Assembly: GCF_006345805.1 (NCBI RefSeq)
Contig: NC_042997.1
Coordinates: 59,954,001 to 60,018,000 of the forward strand
DNA from: Octopus sinensis
Taxonomy: Eukaryota
Length of the DNA stretch: 64,000 nt
Reading direction: 5' to 3'
Part shown: positions 42,841 through 57,149 of the stretch, piece by piece
Layout of the letters: each line of letters opens with the position of its first letter
Numbering within the stretch: the first letter of the stretch is position 1
Made by a program: the position numbers and the translations under genes
Notes under the pieces: model-generated
Databases searched by the model: none
What the model was told of the DNA's origin: nothing
What the model saw: the letters and a program-made list of their open reading frames with translations, nothing else

Positions 42841-45248
42841 AATTCAAAGGATTAATATTTAGTTATTTACCTCGAACAATCACGTTCTCTATTTTCCTTT
42901 TCTGTTGAATCCAAATGAAATGTTTCAAACACAGTCTCTGCCATTCATTTCGTGAATCGCTGTCCGTAACTCCCTATGCTATGTCACAAAGCAATTATTT
43001 ACATCATCATAATTTCAGCTCCTTAACTTTTCATATTTACTACCACATAATTATTTATTGAAAACCCCTTTATTATAGTCAACAAACCTAAATGAAATAA
43101 TTCACCATCAACAAAATTTACAATGATTTTTATCCCATATATTTTCAATCAAATAATGCAAGACTAGAAACTGTATGACAAAATAATTGTCATGTCTGAT
43201 ATTCGAGAAACAAGTCCACTTTTTAATCATCTGATGATTATCTACCATCTATGAATATGAAATGCTGAATCTCAATGTAATATCAATAACGGATTATGTA
43301 ATTTGATATATTTCATCCACTACGTGAATTGAAATTCATTGCACTTTTAATGTGTCTACTAAGCATTGTACTATTAACGACCCATCCCAACTTCTATATC
43401 ATTGATAAAACAACAGCGTGGTGTATTTGATTTCAGCAGTGATAACTTGTTACAGTTTTCATGAACATTTCATTATTGTTGTTATTCCTGGGACTGAGAC
43501 CATCCTTGATCGCGCAGATTTTTTCTCAAAAACCACCCAGACATGTTCATGCTGTTACTCCCTCACCTTCACCTCATGAGTCTACAACTACATTAACTAA
43601 AGTATTCTCCCACATTTTGTCCTCATTTTCTCAGGTGAGAAGCCAGTGTCCCTGAGCCAGTGTTAGGCCCCCGAGAATGGTGGAGGAGAGAGAAGTATAT
43701 ATACTTAAACCGGAAGCCTGACCTGAATATTTACAACAGAATAAAAGAATGAACTTCGCTAGGGGCAGCCATGGTGCCAAGTGATGGAGTTAAGTCGGAT
43801 TAAGTCTACCATCCAAAGGTTAAGTCTATCACTTGTGGCCTAATGGTGAGGTGATTTGAGATAGATGTACTTGTTATTTCTAGTAGGTTGAGCGACCAGA
43901 TAGTGGCTGACTCATCAATCACGACCATATTGTTGTGGCTCATCGTTGATCTTAGGCCAGTCAAAATTAGTAGACCTATGATCAAAGGTATTTCAGTAGT
44001 GACTGTTTATCTTGGATACATTATGGAACGACTTCGTTCTTTCTTACGACGTATGAGAGTAATTTGAAGAATACTTGACTGTTGTGAAGAGTTCGAGTCC
44101 TGCTGTGGTTTGAACCAGAACTGAAGCACTAACTACACGGCTTTACTTTCAATTCTCTTAACATCACCACGGTACACAAATAGAATTTCTGCGGATGAAA
44201 TAACAATAACCGGTGCAAAAATACCAGGAGAAATAATTTATTAGAACTAATATTAGAATTAATATTTCGTTCATATCTGTGAAATTGTTTATTGTTCTTC
44301 GTTCCAAATTTGTATAATGTTTGCATGTATAATATATTTTATTCAGTATAAATTTCGTTTGATTTCTTTCGATAATATCAGAGTAATGGCGATTTTACTG
44401 AAATTTTTAGGGGTGTACATAATTCTGTGAGATATTGTATGTGTGCGCGCGCGCGTATTTAGTCGGCGACAAAATCGACAACTCCACCAAATTTTCATCG
44501 TGAAACAGGCGATCTATTTTGACACTTTGCGGATTGAAAAGCAAAACCTGTAGAAGAACGGATGAACTCAAGAAGAGTCAATAGCCAGCCAAAAGTGTAT
44601 TTACATATGTACACATATGTAAATGCATATGGAAGATTACTCTGACTTTAAACCTTCCGTGTAGTAGTCTCTGATCATTTAAACCCTTTTTTGCTTCATA
44701 CCAGCTTAACAGCTTCAAGCATTTACAGACCGTTTGCATAAGCCTTTATCACTATAAAATTTGAGTAACATGAGATTTTTACTTCCTTTACTTCCGAAGT
44801 TCTAGAACTCGAGCATCTTGGAACCCAAAACAGATAACAGAACATTTGTTGCTACAATTAGGGTATTACGTGTATCTGTGTCAATGAAATACAGAAAACT
44901 TCCGGAGTTTCCTTGTTTGGGAGGAGACGAATTGTATGGTGTAAGCGTGAGCAGTCGCGATGATACTCTGGTTGCCTAGATGGGTGCATTCGTCGTTGAA
45001 ATACTATGAGTGTAATGGAGGCGGAGTTTTGATCATCCCATACAGATGTCTGTCGACATCGTCATGGGAAGACATGACATAAAGGGGCACTACGCTTGTA
45101 ATTTTAGCACAACAGATGGTCATACAAGATAATGAGTTGACAGCCGCCACATACATACATACGTACATACACATACATGTGTGTGTATATATGCTTACAT
45201 ATACATACATATATATACATATATATACAAATACATATGCATACACAA

Positions 45249-45285
<37 letters not shown>

Positions 45286-45824
45286 CATACATTTATATAT
45301 ATGTATGTATATACGTACGGATGTAAGTATGTATGTGTGTGTATGCATGCGTGTGTATTTGTTGATATATGCTTGTGACTGTGCGGGTTGCTGTTTATTT
45401 GTGTATATTTATGTTTGTGTATATATGCTTGAAAGAAGCACAAACACAAAAAGAGTTAGATAGCGATAGATAAAAGATGGATAAATTACATAAAGCACGC
45501 ATGCGCGCGCAGATACACACACATACAAAGATACAGACCGTCAGGTAGACAGGTAAAGAAGACATACACATATAGAGAGGAGGGGGCAGGTGTAAGAATA
45601 CAAAGATACATGATGGGCTTTTTAATTTTTGGCTCAATTCCAATTTATATATTATTTTTAAAAAAGGGAAAAGCGCTCCGTCGAATTCAACGAGGGGTAC
45701 TTCAGGGTTTTGAATATTATAGAGTAAGCTATTAAACATTCCGCTGAAAACTGTATTCGAAACGTATTCTTCGTGTATAATTAGCGTGGCACTGGGCATT
45801 CTGAATTATAGTTATAGTCAATCT

Positions 45825-46001
45825 GAGCTTACGTTAATCTGAATGACTCGATAATACGCTATTTCGAGCGTTAATAATGTTTCGTTTCGCGGCTATACTC
45901 TGCTACAGAAAATATCTGTTGATTTTAGTCAACACTGCATATGATAATCAGATGGGAACTTCTTGCCTTTATATACAGTATCTTTATGGACGTATAAAAT
46001 G

Positions 46002-46037
<36 letters not shown>

Positions 46038-46593
46038 ATATGCAAATATGTAAATGCGTAAGCATATACTTATGTATATATATATAAGTAAAAGAGGGAG
46101 AGAAAGAAACATAGCTGTGTGCGTATATATACATACAGGTAAGGGGATTTTTTCTTGTACTCTGTTTTTTCGTTGTTAAAAAAATGGTCCGTTCCATGCT
46201 GTTTTTACTTTTTCGTTTCTCGTTCAGTTCTACGTCTATTTGTGGTGTCCTGTACACACGTATATATATTTATATATGCATGTATATATACATACAGATG
46301 TAGGTACGTACATATATGTTTGTATGTATGCATATATTTTATTTATTACACTATATATATATATATATATGCATACATACACTCATAAGAAAGTCAATAT
46401 ATCTTTACTGTTTAACTATTAAATTTCGTATGTCCATGAAGATACTGCATATAAAGATGTTCCCATCTGACTATCACATGCAGTGTTGGCTAAAATCAAC
46501 CTATATATTCTGTAGCAGAGTATAGCCATGAAATGAAACATTGTTAGCGCTTGAAGTAGCGTATTATCAAGTCATTTCGATTAATGTAAGCTC
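45825..46593. mobile_element. Element bounded by ~165-bp diverged inverted repeats (MITE-like or fold-back)
   Basis: 45825-45993 matches the reverse complement of 46429-46593 at roughly 80-85% identity by eye. The interior holds (TA)n and a family C fragment. Confidence 0.7.
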
Positions 46594-46599
46594 TTAGTA

Positions 46600-46816
46600 C
46601 TAATTATTTCAAATTTTGGCACAAAGCCAACAAATTTGGGGAAAGGGGGAAGTCGATTACATCGACTCTAGTGCACAACTGGTACTTATTTTATGGACCC
46701 CCGAAAGGATAAGAAAAAAAGTCGACCTCGGCAAAATTTGAACTCAGCGTAGAGCCTGAAGAAATTATGCTAAACATTTTATCCGGCGTTTAATGGTTGT
46801 GCCATCTCGCCGCCTT
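46600..46816 (-). mobile_element. SINE family B
   Basis: ctggtacttattttatggacccccgaaaggataag...gtcgacctcggcaaaatttgaactcag...gccatctcgccgcc. Confidence 0.78.
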
Positions 46817-47099
46817 AAGCATTTAGTAATAGCAATTATAAGTTGTGTGTGAACAGTTAAACAGGATCCTCGGTCACTTCCATTAGAAGACTGCAACTGG
46901 CTCGGGTGATCAACGGAAAAATTGCATGTAAAGACAAAGTGTGCACATCTGTCTATTTCATTCCATCAACGGATGCCTCGAAAGCATCTTCTAGTGGGTG
47001 TGCCAATCTTTTAGAAGTAAAAATTTCAAACGCAAGAAATAAAAAGAAAAAAACAAACATTGCCTCCATGAGCGATATTCAGCTAGACCCCTCACGGTC

Positions 47100-47600
47100 A
47101 ATCCAAATGTTTTACCTCATTATCATGAAGAGTCTCTCCTGGCGAAAATACAGTTCTAACTAATATAGCAAGGCGTGCATCTCAAAGACTGGCCCTTCTC
47201 TCCAGACCAAAATATACTTCATCCCTTCTTTCAACAATTATCGACAATAAACTCAAGTGTGACCCACACTGGGTTACACACATATTGCTTCCACACCAGA
47301 ACGGTGCTGCTGCTACACACACACCGACATCTTGGATCGTATCCAGAATCAGACCGTTTAACTGATTCGCATATAAAATTACTTACAGACACGCTCCAGT
47401 TTCTGGCTCATAAGTATGTTGCTACATTAACGGCCGATGGTTTTTTTGAATTTGATGGTTATGTCCCTCGTCCACTTATCCACACACCTTTCTTCCTCTG
47501 TCCACCTTTGTTGCGTCAAACTCTCTAGGTACCATAGTAATCACTAAGTCAAACCCTTCGTCTTTAGAATAACGCCTCTCTGGAATCATCACACCGCTCA
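47100..47600 (+). pseudogene. LINE RT C-terminal fragment
   Basis: NIARRASQRLALL..KYTS..KTQV*PTL..AAATHTDILDRIQNQTV*LI belongs to the same family as 9040-9330 and 21200-22420. Confidence 0.65.
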
Positions 47601-48114
47601 TAGTTTTCCCGTAGTTGTTGAATTGTAACTGTTTAAACGGAACGTTAACGACAGCAAACACACTAGTTAAAGAAGGCATGAAAAGGTCATGGGCCCAGAC
47701 CCTTCTTCCTTACCTAGCTCATAATGAAAAGAAAGGAAAAAAAAGCATACAGTCATGTCTAACATTCCCCAATAGATTCTATAGTCCCGTGTAGCATATA
47801 AATGAAACAAGATTCTTTAGTCCAGTATGGCATCCAAATGATGTACTGCTAACGCACCAGTAATTTATAGCTTGTATGAGTGTGTGTGTGAGTGTGCGTG
47901 CGTGCGCGCATGTGGTGGGAATATGTGCGTATGTGTCGATTCGGAAGGCTTAATATATATAATATGCATTTCATTTGTATACGTGATGTCCCTGCTTTAC
48001 TCCGCCGGACGTCATACTGTTTACATGTCATTAATTGTAAATTATACTTCAGTGTCAAAGCCTCCTCCGTAACTGTTCGTCTTGTGACATACACAGAGGC
48101 ACCCAAACTATATA

Positions 48115-48147
<33 letters not shown>

Positions 48148-48173
48148 GCACAAGCACACACATGCACAATGTG

Positions 48174-48209
<36 letters not shown>

Positions 48210-48343
48210 CAACATAAATTCATACACACGCACACATACACGTATGTACTCATATGTATAAGCACATGTATGAATGTATATATAAGTATATACGCACACA
48301 TGTATGTATGTAGTATGTATATATACGCATGTATAAATACATA

Positions 48344-48503
48344 AGTGCGGGCGTGGCTGTGTGGTAAGACGTTTGCTTCTCAACCACATGGTTCCGGGTT
48401 CAGTTCCACTGCGCGACACCCTGGGCAAGTGTTTGCTACTATAGCCTCAGGCTGACCAGAGCCTTGTGAATGGATTTAGCAGACGGAAACTGGATGAAGC
48501 CCT
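48344..48503 (+). mobile_element. SINE family A (head)
   Basis: gcgtggctgtgtggtaag...ccacatggttccgggttcagttccactgcgcgacaccctgggcaagtg. Confidence 0.82.
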
Positions 48504-48565
48504 TTGTGTGTGTATATGTATGTGTATATATATATGTGTGTGTATATGTATGTATATATATTATA

Positions 48566-48612
<47 letters not shown>

Positions 48613-48614
<2 letters not shown>

Positions 48615-48751
48615 CTAAAAATAAGGGTGTCTGAGAGACACCACCATGCCGAAATATCAGTCAAAACCCTGACTTTACAAACCACGTTTTTAAAGTGTTT
48701 TGACTGCTATTTCGGCATGGTGGTGTCTCTCAGACACCCTTATTTTTAGTT
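48613..48751. repeat. Near-perfect palindrome: 55-bp arms, 29-bp spacer
   Basis: 48613-48667 versus the reverse complement of 48697-48751 shows one mismatch. Confidence 0.93.
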
Positions 48752-48853
48752 GTAAAAAATTATTACCTTTGTACGGTATTTTTTCCCATGCTGGCCACTT
48801 GATAATATCGATATTTAAACATCGTTATCATTCTTATTTATAATATATATGTA

Positions 48854-48891
<38 letters not shown>

Positions 48892-48930
48892 ATATATAAT
48901 ATATATATATATATATTATATATATAATAT

Positions 48931-48974
<44 letters not shown>

Positions 48975-49733
48975 TTCGATAGATAGATAGAGATACATAG
49001 AAGATACATAGATACATAGATAGATGGACAGATAGATATAAACACCTATGTATATACGTGCGTGTGAGAACAAAGCAAGCAGAGTGGGTGGAATATAGAA
49101 TGAAAATTTGTGTATTTTCCTGTTGCATTCAACCTATAAATATTACTAAGAATACAACCATGTGTATCAGATATAATTCTTCAGTTTGCCTGACCACGTG
49201 TGTGCGTAAATATTCTTTGGCGAACGACATAAGTCCCAGATGTAGCAGCCAGATTGACTTTAGAGATACCAACGATATTAATTAACCTCTCAACAGTACA
49301 CCATATATGGATTAAATGAATGAGTGTATTCCTAGATCCTTATTCCTCTTTTCCACCTCTCTCTACATATGCATGTATGCATGTATGTATGCATCCATGT
49401 ATGCATGCATCCATGTATGTATGCATCCATGTATGTATGCATTCATGTATGTATATATATATATATATTATAATACACACACACACACAATCAAAGAGAC
49501 ACACACATAACAATTATCAATCCCTTCTCTCTCATTTCTCTATCCCTCCGCATCAATCTATTTATCTACCAAAGAATTAATCAATCAATCATTCCAATCA
49601 TTCAATCACTCACTCAATCAGTCTGTCTGTATCTCTATCTAACTATATGCACACATGCATACGCGCATATACATAATACATGCATATAAATATACATATA
49701 CACACACACACACACATATATAATATATATATA

Positions 49734-49816
<83 letters not shown>

Positions 49817-50438
49817 ATATTATATATCACACACACATATTACATATATATGTGAGTATGTATATATATATATATATATATATAACACATATATACATAT
49901 ATATCCATATATATGTGTGTATGTGTATGTATATATATATATATATACATACAAATACATACATACACATGCGTAAATATATATATTTATACCATTTGTG
50001 TGTGCGTAACTATGTATCTGTGTGTGTGTGTGTGTATAGGTATTTGTGTGTTTTGTATATGTGTGTGTATGCGCGCGCGCGTGTAAGATATTTAATGTAA
50101 AAGATAGTGTGTTTATACATATGTGACATGAAGTCTGTACAAAGTTTTCAAACCGGTCGCCAGGTGAATTGTAAGTGGATACCAGTTTTCAATTGACTTG
50201 CAGCGAGGAATACCTTATGTATGTGTGGTAAAGGGAGGGTGGTATGTGTGTGTGCTTGCGTGCGCTCATGTCTATGTGTATTTCTTTGCCTGCCTATTTG
50301 TCAGTCTCTTTTAGCGTGTATGTGTGTGTGTGTGTGTGTATGTGTGCATGTATCTATGTATATGTGTGTGAATATTTTTATCGATGTATGTATGTATTTT
50401 GCTTCTGTAACTATACACACATATATTTACACACACGC

Positions 50439-50505
<67 letters not shown>

Positions 50506-50926
50506 CACATAGACACAGAAGTACACACATAGTCCTCAACTGGTTTCAACAAAATTAGACAGCGGCCGCAACGGGTGCGCCGGCTTCAAGGGATTTAGTC
50601 GTTCACGTTCATTATAGTGAATCGTCTGGTACTTACATTATACCATCTGGTAAGGGATAACAGAACACAGTTGAACAGGATAAAAAGACAAGGTACTTTT
50701 TTACGGCATACTCACACACATATTATATATATATACATATACACATATACATGTGTGTGTGTATATATATATATATATAACCCTCCCCCATATATATGTA
50801 GATAGATAGACAGACAGGCAGATATATAATACATGCATACATATATAATGCATGCATATACACACTTATAAAAACATACAGTCATTTATATATATGTATG
50901 TGTATATATATGTATTATATATATCC

Positions 50927-51003
<77 letters not shown>

Positions 51004-51045
51004 ATAATATATATATATATTATATATATAATATATTATATTTTA

Positions 51046-51093
<48 letters not shown>

Positions 51094-52582
51094 GCATATA
51101 CATACACACTGATATATACCCATATATAAAAATAGATACATAATATATACATATATATATTTATGCATATATATCTGATATATATCTTATATATATATAA
51201 GTGTATATATATATATATATATATAATATATGTATATATTATATATAATATATATATATATAAACTATATAAAACTATATATGTATACATATCTAAACTC
51301 TTGCCACAATTTTTATGTCTACATATATGCACATACGCCCACAACGTTATACACATGCATAAATGCAAACTCTCTCTCTCTCACACACACAACACATATA
51401 TATATTATATACGTATATATTATATATATATATATATATATAATATATATTATATATGCATATATATGTATATATTTTTATATATACATATATTTTACAT
51501 CCACGCAAACACACGTATGTTTATATGAATACGTATGTATGTACATATATTCATATAGATAGGCATGTATTTACACACATTTATATATGTATAATATATA
51601 TTTTCATAATACATACATACATATGCATATATATATATATATATATACTGAATGCAGTTAACGTTTTATCGTTAACCGTGAAGGTATTATTTACCATTAG
51701 CGTACTGTGCATGCGTACGTGTAGGTAAAAAGTTATTCAATGAGTTGTGAAATATTTTCAGCTCCCTACCCTCTATGCTGTCATAAGCCTCAATCCGGTA
51801 GCGATTCGTTTCGTCCAATTGTGAGATATGTAGTATCAAGTATCAGCAGTATCCATCAATGGGCTTGTATCTGTTGTATTGATTTCAGAGCACTCCTTGT
51901 GTTTCATGTATCAGTCGACGGTAATAGCCAACCAGCCAGCCAGCCAGTAGGCCAATCAGCCGGCCTATCGTGCAGAAAAGTGGTGAAATTGTTTGCATAT
52001 AAATAATCGAAACCGATGTGATACGAGTAGCTGTCTCTTGGAAACTTCACGTTTTACATTAATAGAAGGCTCCTGTAAAATTTACGTGACAGAATAAATA
52101 AATGTAAATAACGTATTTTCGATCTCCAGAGTTGTCCGAATCTATTTCTACTTTAAAATAGTTAAGTACTGAGATCAGATCGATATATACGACCGTCTCC
52201 ATCCCCTCACCAAAAAATATCTGGTCTTGTGTCTATATTAAAAATCACTGTAATACGACTATAGATAACATTACTACAATAATTCGGTTTTAAAAGACCT
52301 GGTATTATCACGTCATCGAAGACTGGGTGTTCGAATTGACTTCTGCAATATTTGTCTGTTAACTGTCCTTACTTTAGGATTTATTTTCACTGTTACCTAA
52401 AATGGTAAAACGAAAATTGTTTCTATCCTAAGTTTTTAAAACAGAACCCCTCCGCATTTTTATCAAAAATTAGAAGAAAACATTACTTCTGAGCGATGCC
52501 AAATACCTCACCTGTTATTAAAAAGTTAGGTAATAGATAATTTAGGGATCAAATAAAGTAAAAAATAAGTATATAAGCTTAC

Positions 52583-52735
52583 CAAAGATCTTACTCCATC
52601 TCCCGACAATTTTTTACGGTAGCTGTTGTGTGAGGATAACAAAGCATGTTGGTAATGTCCTATTGCTATACTGCTACCACCGGCCAGTGCAAGGGCCAGT
52701 AGCTGGACAGCCACTAGTAATTTAATCATCCACAT
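52583..52735 (-). CDS. First coding exon of a secreted protein, probably CAP/SCP (CRISP/PR-1-like) family
   Basis: MWMIKLLVAVQLLALALAGG is a hydrophobic signal peptide, followed by HALLSSHNSYRKKL (CAP N-terminal HN.yR motif). Start context acaacaATG. Phase-0 donor TTG|gtaagc at 52583/52582, with an alternative GGA|gtaaga at 52595/52594. Confidence 0.65.
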
Positions 52736-53472
52736 TGTTGTATAGTTAATTAATTAGATCCACTTTCTTTCGTTCCTCTCTCGCTTTCGGTGATGCTGCT
52801 ACTGTTGTTGTGGTTGCTGTTGACACTTCTGTGATTTTAAATGCCAGTCAGTCTCTCTGTCAGTCTGTATACCGGGGCTTGTCCCGATCGGACCAAGTTG
52901 GTTAACAGCACGTCTGTCAGATCGACTTCTCCACTGAGATAACAATAACAAGTGGCGTGCACATAACACTGCAAGACAAGGTTGAGAGGCAAGACAACAC
53001 ACAACACGGTGATTGGTTGGGTCGCTTACACCGACCTGCTGGCAGGCGTGTAGGCGGGCAGCAGACTTACAGACAAACAAGAAGACAGAAAAGCTGCTCT
53101 ACCGGCAGGCTGATAGTCTCTATTGGGAATGACAGAACGAAGAAGATCCGACTCAGGGGGGTGGAGAGAAAGATAGAGAAAAAGAGAATGAGAGAGAGAG
53201 AGAGAGAGGGAGAGAGAGAGAGAGAGAGAGAAAGCGAATGAGAGAGAGAGAAAGAGAGAGAAGGGGGGACAGACTGACGGAGACTGAAGAGAATAGAGGG
53301 TGAGATGAATAAAGTAGTTTTGCAGATACCAAGCACACACACACATGCGTGTGCGTCCACACGTTTGCACGCACGCACACATACGCCGGCACGCACACAC
53401 ACACACATCAAGTATATTTTATATTTTCTATTGTTTCAATTTTTTAAACTTTACTTTTTTTCCATTGAAACA

Positions 53473-53530
<58 letters not shown>

Positions 53531-53617
53531 TATATGAAACTAAGTATTAGTGTTTTTCGGTCGATAACTGATGAAGGGTTCTGATCTCTGCCCTACGTGT
53601 ACGCTTTGTAGTATTTA

Positions 53618-53692
<75 letters not shown>

Positions 53693-53757
53693 ATATATAT
53701 ATTATATATATATATAATATATAATATATATATATATATATATATGTATACATATAT

Positions 53758-54155
53758 AGTGGCTGTGTGGTAAGAAGCTTGCTAACCAACCACATGGTTC
53801 CGGGTTTAGTCCCACTACGTGGCATCTTGGGCAAGTGTCTTCTGCTATAGCCCCGGGCCGACTAATGCCTTGTGAGTGGATTTGGTAGACGGAAACTGAA
53901 AGAAGCCTGTCGTATATATGTATATATATATATATATGTGTGTGTATGTGTGTGTGTTTGTGTGTGTGTGTTTGTCCCCCTAACATTGCTTGACAACCGA
54001 TGCTGGTGTGTTTACGTCCCCGTCACTTAGCGGTTCGGCAAAAGAGACCGATAGAATAAGTACTGGGCTTACGAAAGAATAAGTCCCGGGGTCGAGTTGC
54101 TCGATTAAAGGCGGTGCTCCAGCATGGCCTCAGTCAAATAACTGAAACAAGTTAA
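53758..54155 (+). mobile_element. SINE family A, full length
   Basis: ggctgtgtggtaagaagcttgctaaccaaccacatggttccggg head, TA/TG middle, intact tail. Confidence 0.88.
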
Positions 54156-54161
54156 AGAAAG

Positions 54162-54244
<83 letters not shown>

Positions 54245-54340
54245 TATACACATATATAACTATACGTATGCATGTATGTGTGTGTGTATGTGTCTTTGCA
54301 CCAATGTTTGTCCCCCACCACCACCACTACCACCACCAGC

Positions 54341-54371
<31 letters not shown>

Positions 54372-54574
54372 ATTTTAAATAATAAGGGTGAAAAATTGAA
54401 TTTTAATTTGATTAATATCAATTAAAAACCAGTGGTCTAGCATACAGAAAAATCTGAAGATCCAGAAAAATTATATTACATACATATAAGAGGGATGACC
54501 ACAGGGGGTCGACTTCTAGCATATAGATGTCCACATGGTGGTCATTCCGCTTATAAGTATGTATATACATATAC

Positions 54575-54612
<38 letters not shown>

Positions 54613-54642
54613 ATGTGTGTGTGTGTGTGTGTCTGTGTGTGT

Positions 54643-54687
<45 letters not shown>

Positions 54688-54744
54688 CTAGCAGAGATAA
54701 CCGGCCTTACTCGGGATTAAAATGGCAAAGTTTTTATTATTATT

Positions 54745-54937
54745 GTTTTACTTGTTTCAGTCATGTGACTGCGGCCGTGCTGGAGTCCTGCCGTTGGTCG
54801 AACAAATCGACCACAGAATTTATACCTTGTGAGCCTAGTAGTTATTCTATTAGTGGCTTTTGCTGAACCGCTATCTTATGGGAACGCAAACACAGCAACA
54901 TCAGTTGTCAAGCAATGGTGGGGTACAAACACACGCA

Positions 54938-55006
<69 letters not shown>

Positions 55007-55085
55007 AAGTATACACATATATACGACAGTCTTTCAGTTTCCGTGTACGAAATCCACACACAAGGCTTTGGTCGGCCTGAGGCTA
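54745..55085 (-). mobile_element. SINE family A (tail + internal (CA)n + partial head)
   Basis: tacttgtttcagtcatgtgactgcggcc...ctttcagtttccgtgtacgaaatccacacacaaggctttggtcggcctgaggcta. Confidence 0.78.
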
Positions 55086-55090
55086 GACTA

Positions 55091-55164
<74 letters not shown>

Positions 55165-55172
55165 ATATATAT

Positions 55173-55203
<31 letters not shown>

Positions 55204-55369
55204 ATATATATAATATATATATGTATGTATATATATATAATATAATATATATATATGTATGTATATATATATGCATATATATACACATACATGTACATAC
55301 CTACATATATATGTGTATATACATGCATATATATATGTGTATGTATATATACATGCATGTCAAAAAAAC

Positions 55370-55950
55370 GTGAACAAAATGAGAAACGAGAACATAAAAA
55401 ACATGCAAAAGCATGCAAAACGAACTTTTTTTTTCGAATTTCGAAGGAAATAAATAGAAAAACGAGACAAGCCACATAAAGAACATTCCCTTCATCATCT
55501 GTCCTCTGTTTTATCTACTCCGCGTTCGAAGGTAGGGACAAGACGCGACTTCGTTAAAACAATCCTTCCCGCAAAGCAAATCAAATAAAATTTGGGATTT
55601 TTTGCGGAGGGTTAAAGTGGTAACAAAAGCAGGACACTAAGAACAAAACAGTAAAAACAAACGGTGATGGCTGTTAAGTCATAACGAAGTGAAGTGATGA
55701 ACGCTGGAAAAACGTGCTTTGAGAAGAGACAGGCAAAAGCAGGTCTTGTCTTTAGGAAGGAAGTGAAAGAAATATATAGCCGTTGGTCATGTGTGACCAA
55801 CACGAGGGTCAAGGGGGGAGAGTGAGAGAGAGAACGGTGAAGGGGAGAGGAGAAGAATTAGGGAAAGGGTGGGAGAGAATAACAGAAAGGAAGAAGATGC
55901 ATCCATTTCCAAGTAAGCTTTATCTTAATTCCGATGCGCATTCTACAACC
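55370..55950 (-). mobile_element. Dispersed repeat family C
   Basis: aagaacattcccttcatcatctgtcc...ttcgaaggtagggacaagacgcgac matches 6050-6130. Confidence 0.6.
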
Positions 55951-56226
55951 TATTTCTATTCTATCTATATACACGTATGGATACATATATATGTATGCAT
56001 ACATACACATACGTGCATACATATACATAAATATATATATATATATACACATATATACACATATATATATATACATATATACATACGTATATAGATATAT
56101 ATACATACATACATATATACATATATATACAAAGATAAAAATATATACATATATATATATATATACATACAATACATACATACATACATACATACATGCA
56201 TATATATATATATATATTATATATAT

Positions 56227-56270
<44 letters not shown>

Positions 56271-56859
56271 GTGAAAATTTTCATAATGGAACTTTTAAAA
56301 CTGAAAGTATTATCTCACATTACAATAAAGATGTTAGTGTTTCACTTTTGATATGTAATAATGAAATAGTCTAAGAGATAAGAGATTTCTCCGGGCTTGC
56401 GTTACGGAAGAAGTTGAAAATATTTTGGCCCATGTCGCTGCATGGACCCTAAGTAAGGTATGTGTAAACTTTGAATGTAATTAGTTGGGTAGTTCTCGAG
56501 TTTTAGTGATGCATACATACAATCACACAGATAGATAGATAGATAGACAGTCAGTCAGACACACAGACATATTCTCGGTTTTATATATATATATATTTAT
56601 ACACACAGACACACATATATACATACGCGCACACACACATACACATGAATAAATATATAATTTTTGTGTGTATGTATGTGTGTGTGTGCATTTATGTATT
56701 CTTTTACTATTTGGTTTTGTCATTAAACTGCCGCCATGCTGAGGCACAACCTTGAAGAGTTAAGTCAACCCATTATTTTTCGTCTGGTACTTATTCTATC
56801 GTATTCTTTTTAATGAAACGCTAAGTACGTAGTTACGTAATTACGACGTGGTGCAAACA

Positions 56860-56900
<41 letters not shown>

Positions 56901-56908
56901 ATATATAT

Positions 56909-56939
<31 letters not shown>

Positions 56940-56973
56940 GTATATATATATGTATGTATATATATATATAATA

Positions 56974-57047
<74 letters not shown>

Positions 57048-57077
57048 TATGTGTGTGTGTGTGTGTATGTATGTATA

Positions 57078-57140
<63 letters not shown>

Positions 57141-57149
57141 TATTATATA

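Noticed and set aside
52470-52512. Possible acceptor (ctaac...aacag) ~70 nt after the exon 1 donor, giving VRYLASLRSNVFF*
   Set aside because: It leads to a stop after 13 codons with no CAP residues; unsupported without RNA data.
53568-53615. CTGATGAAGGG...CCCT hammerhead-like start
   Set aside because: The GAAA core is missing and helix I cannot be formed; at best an unrecoverable relic.
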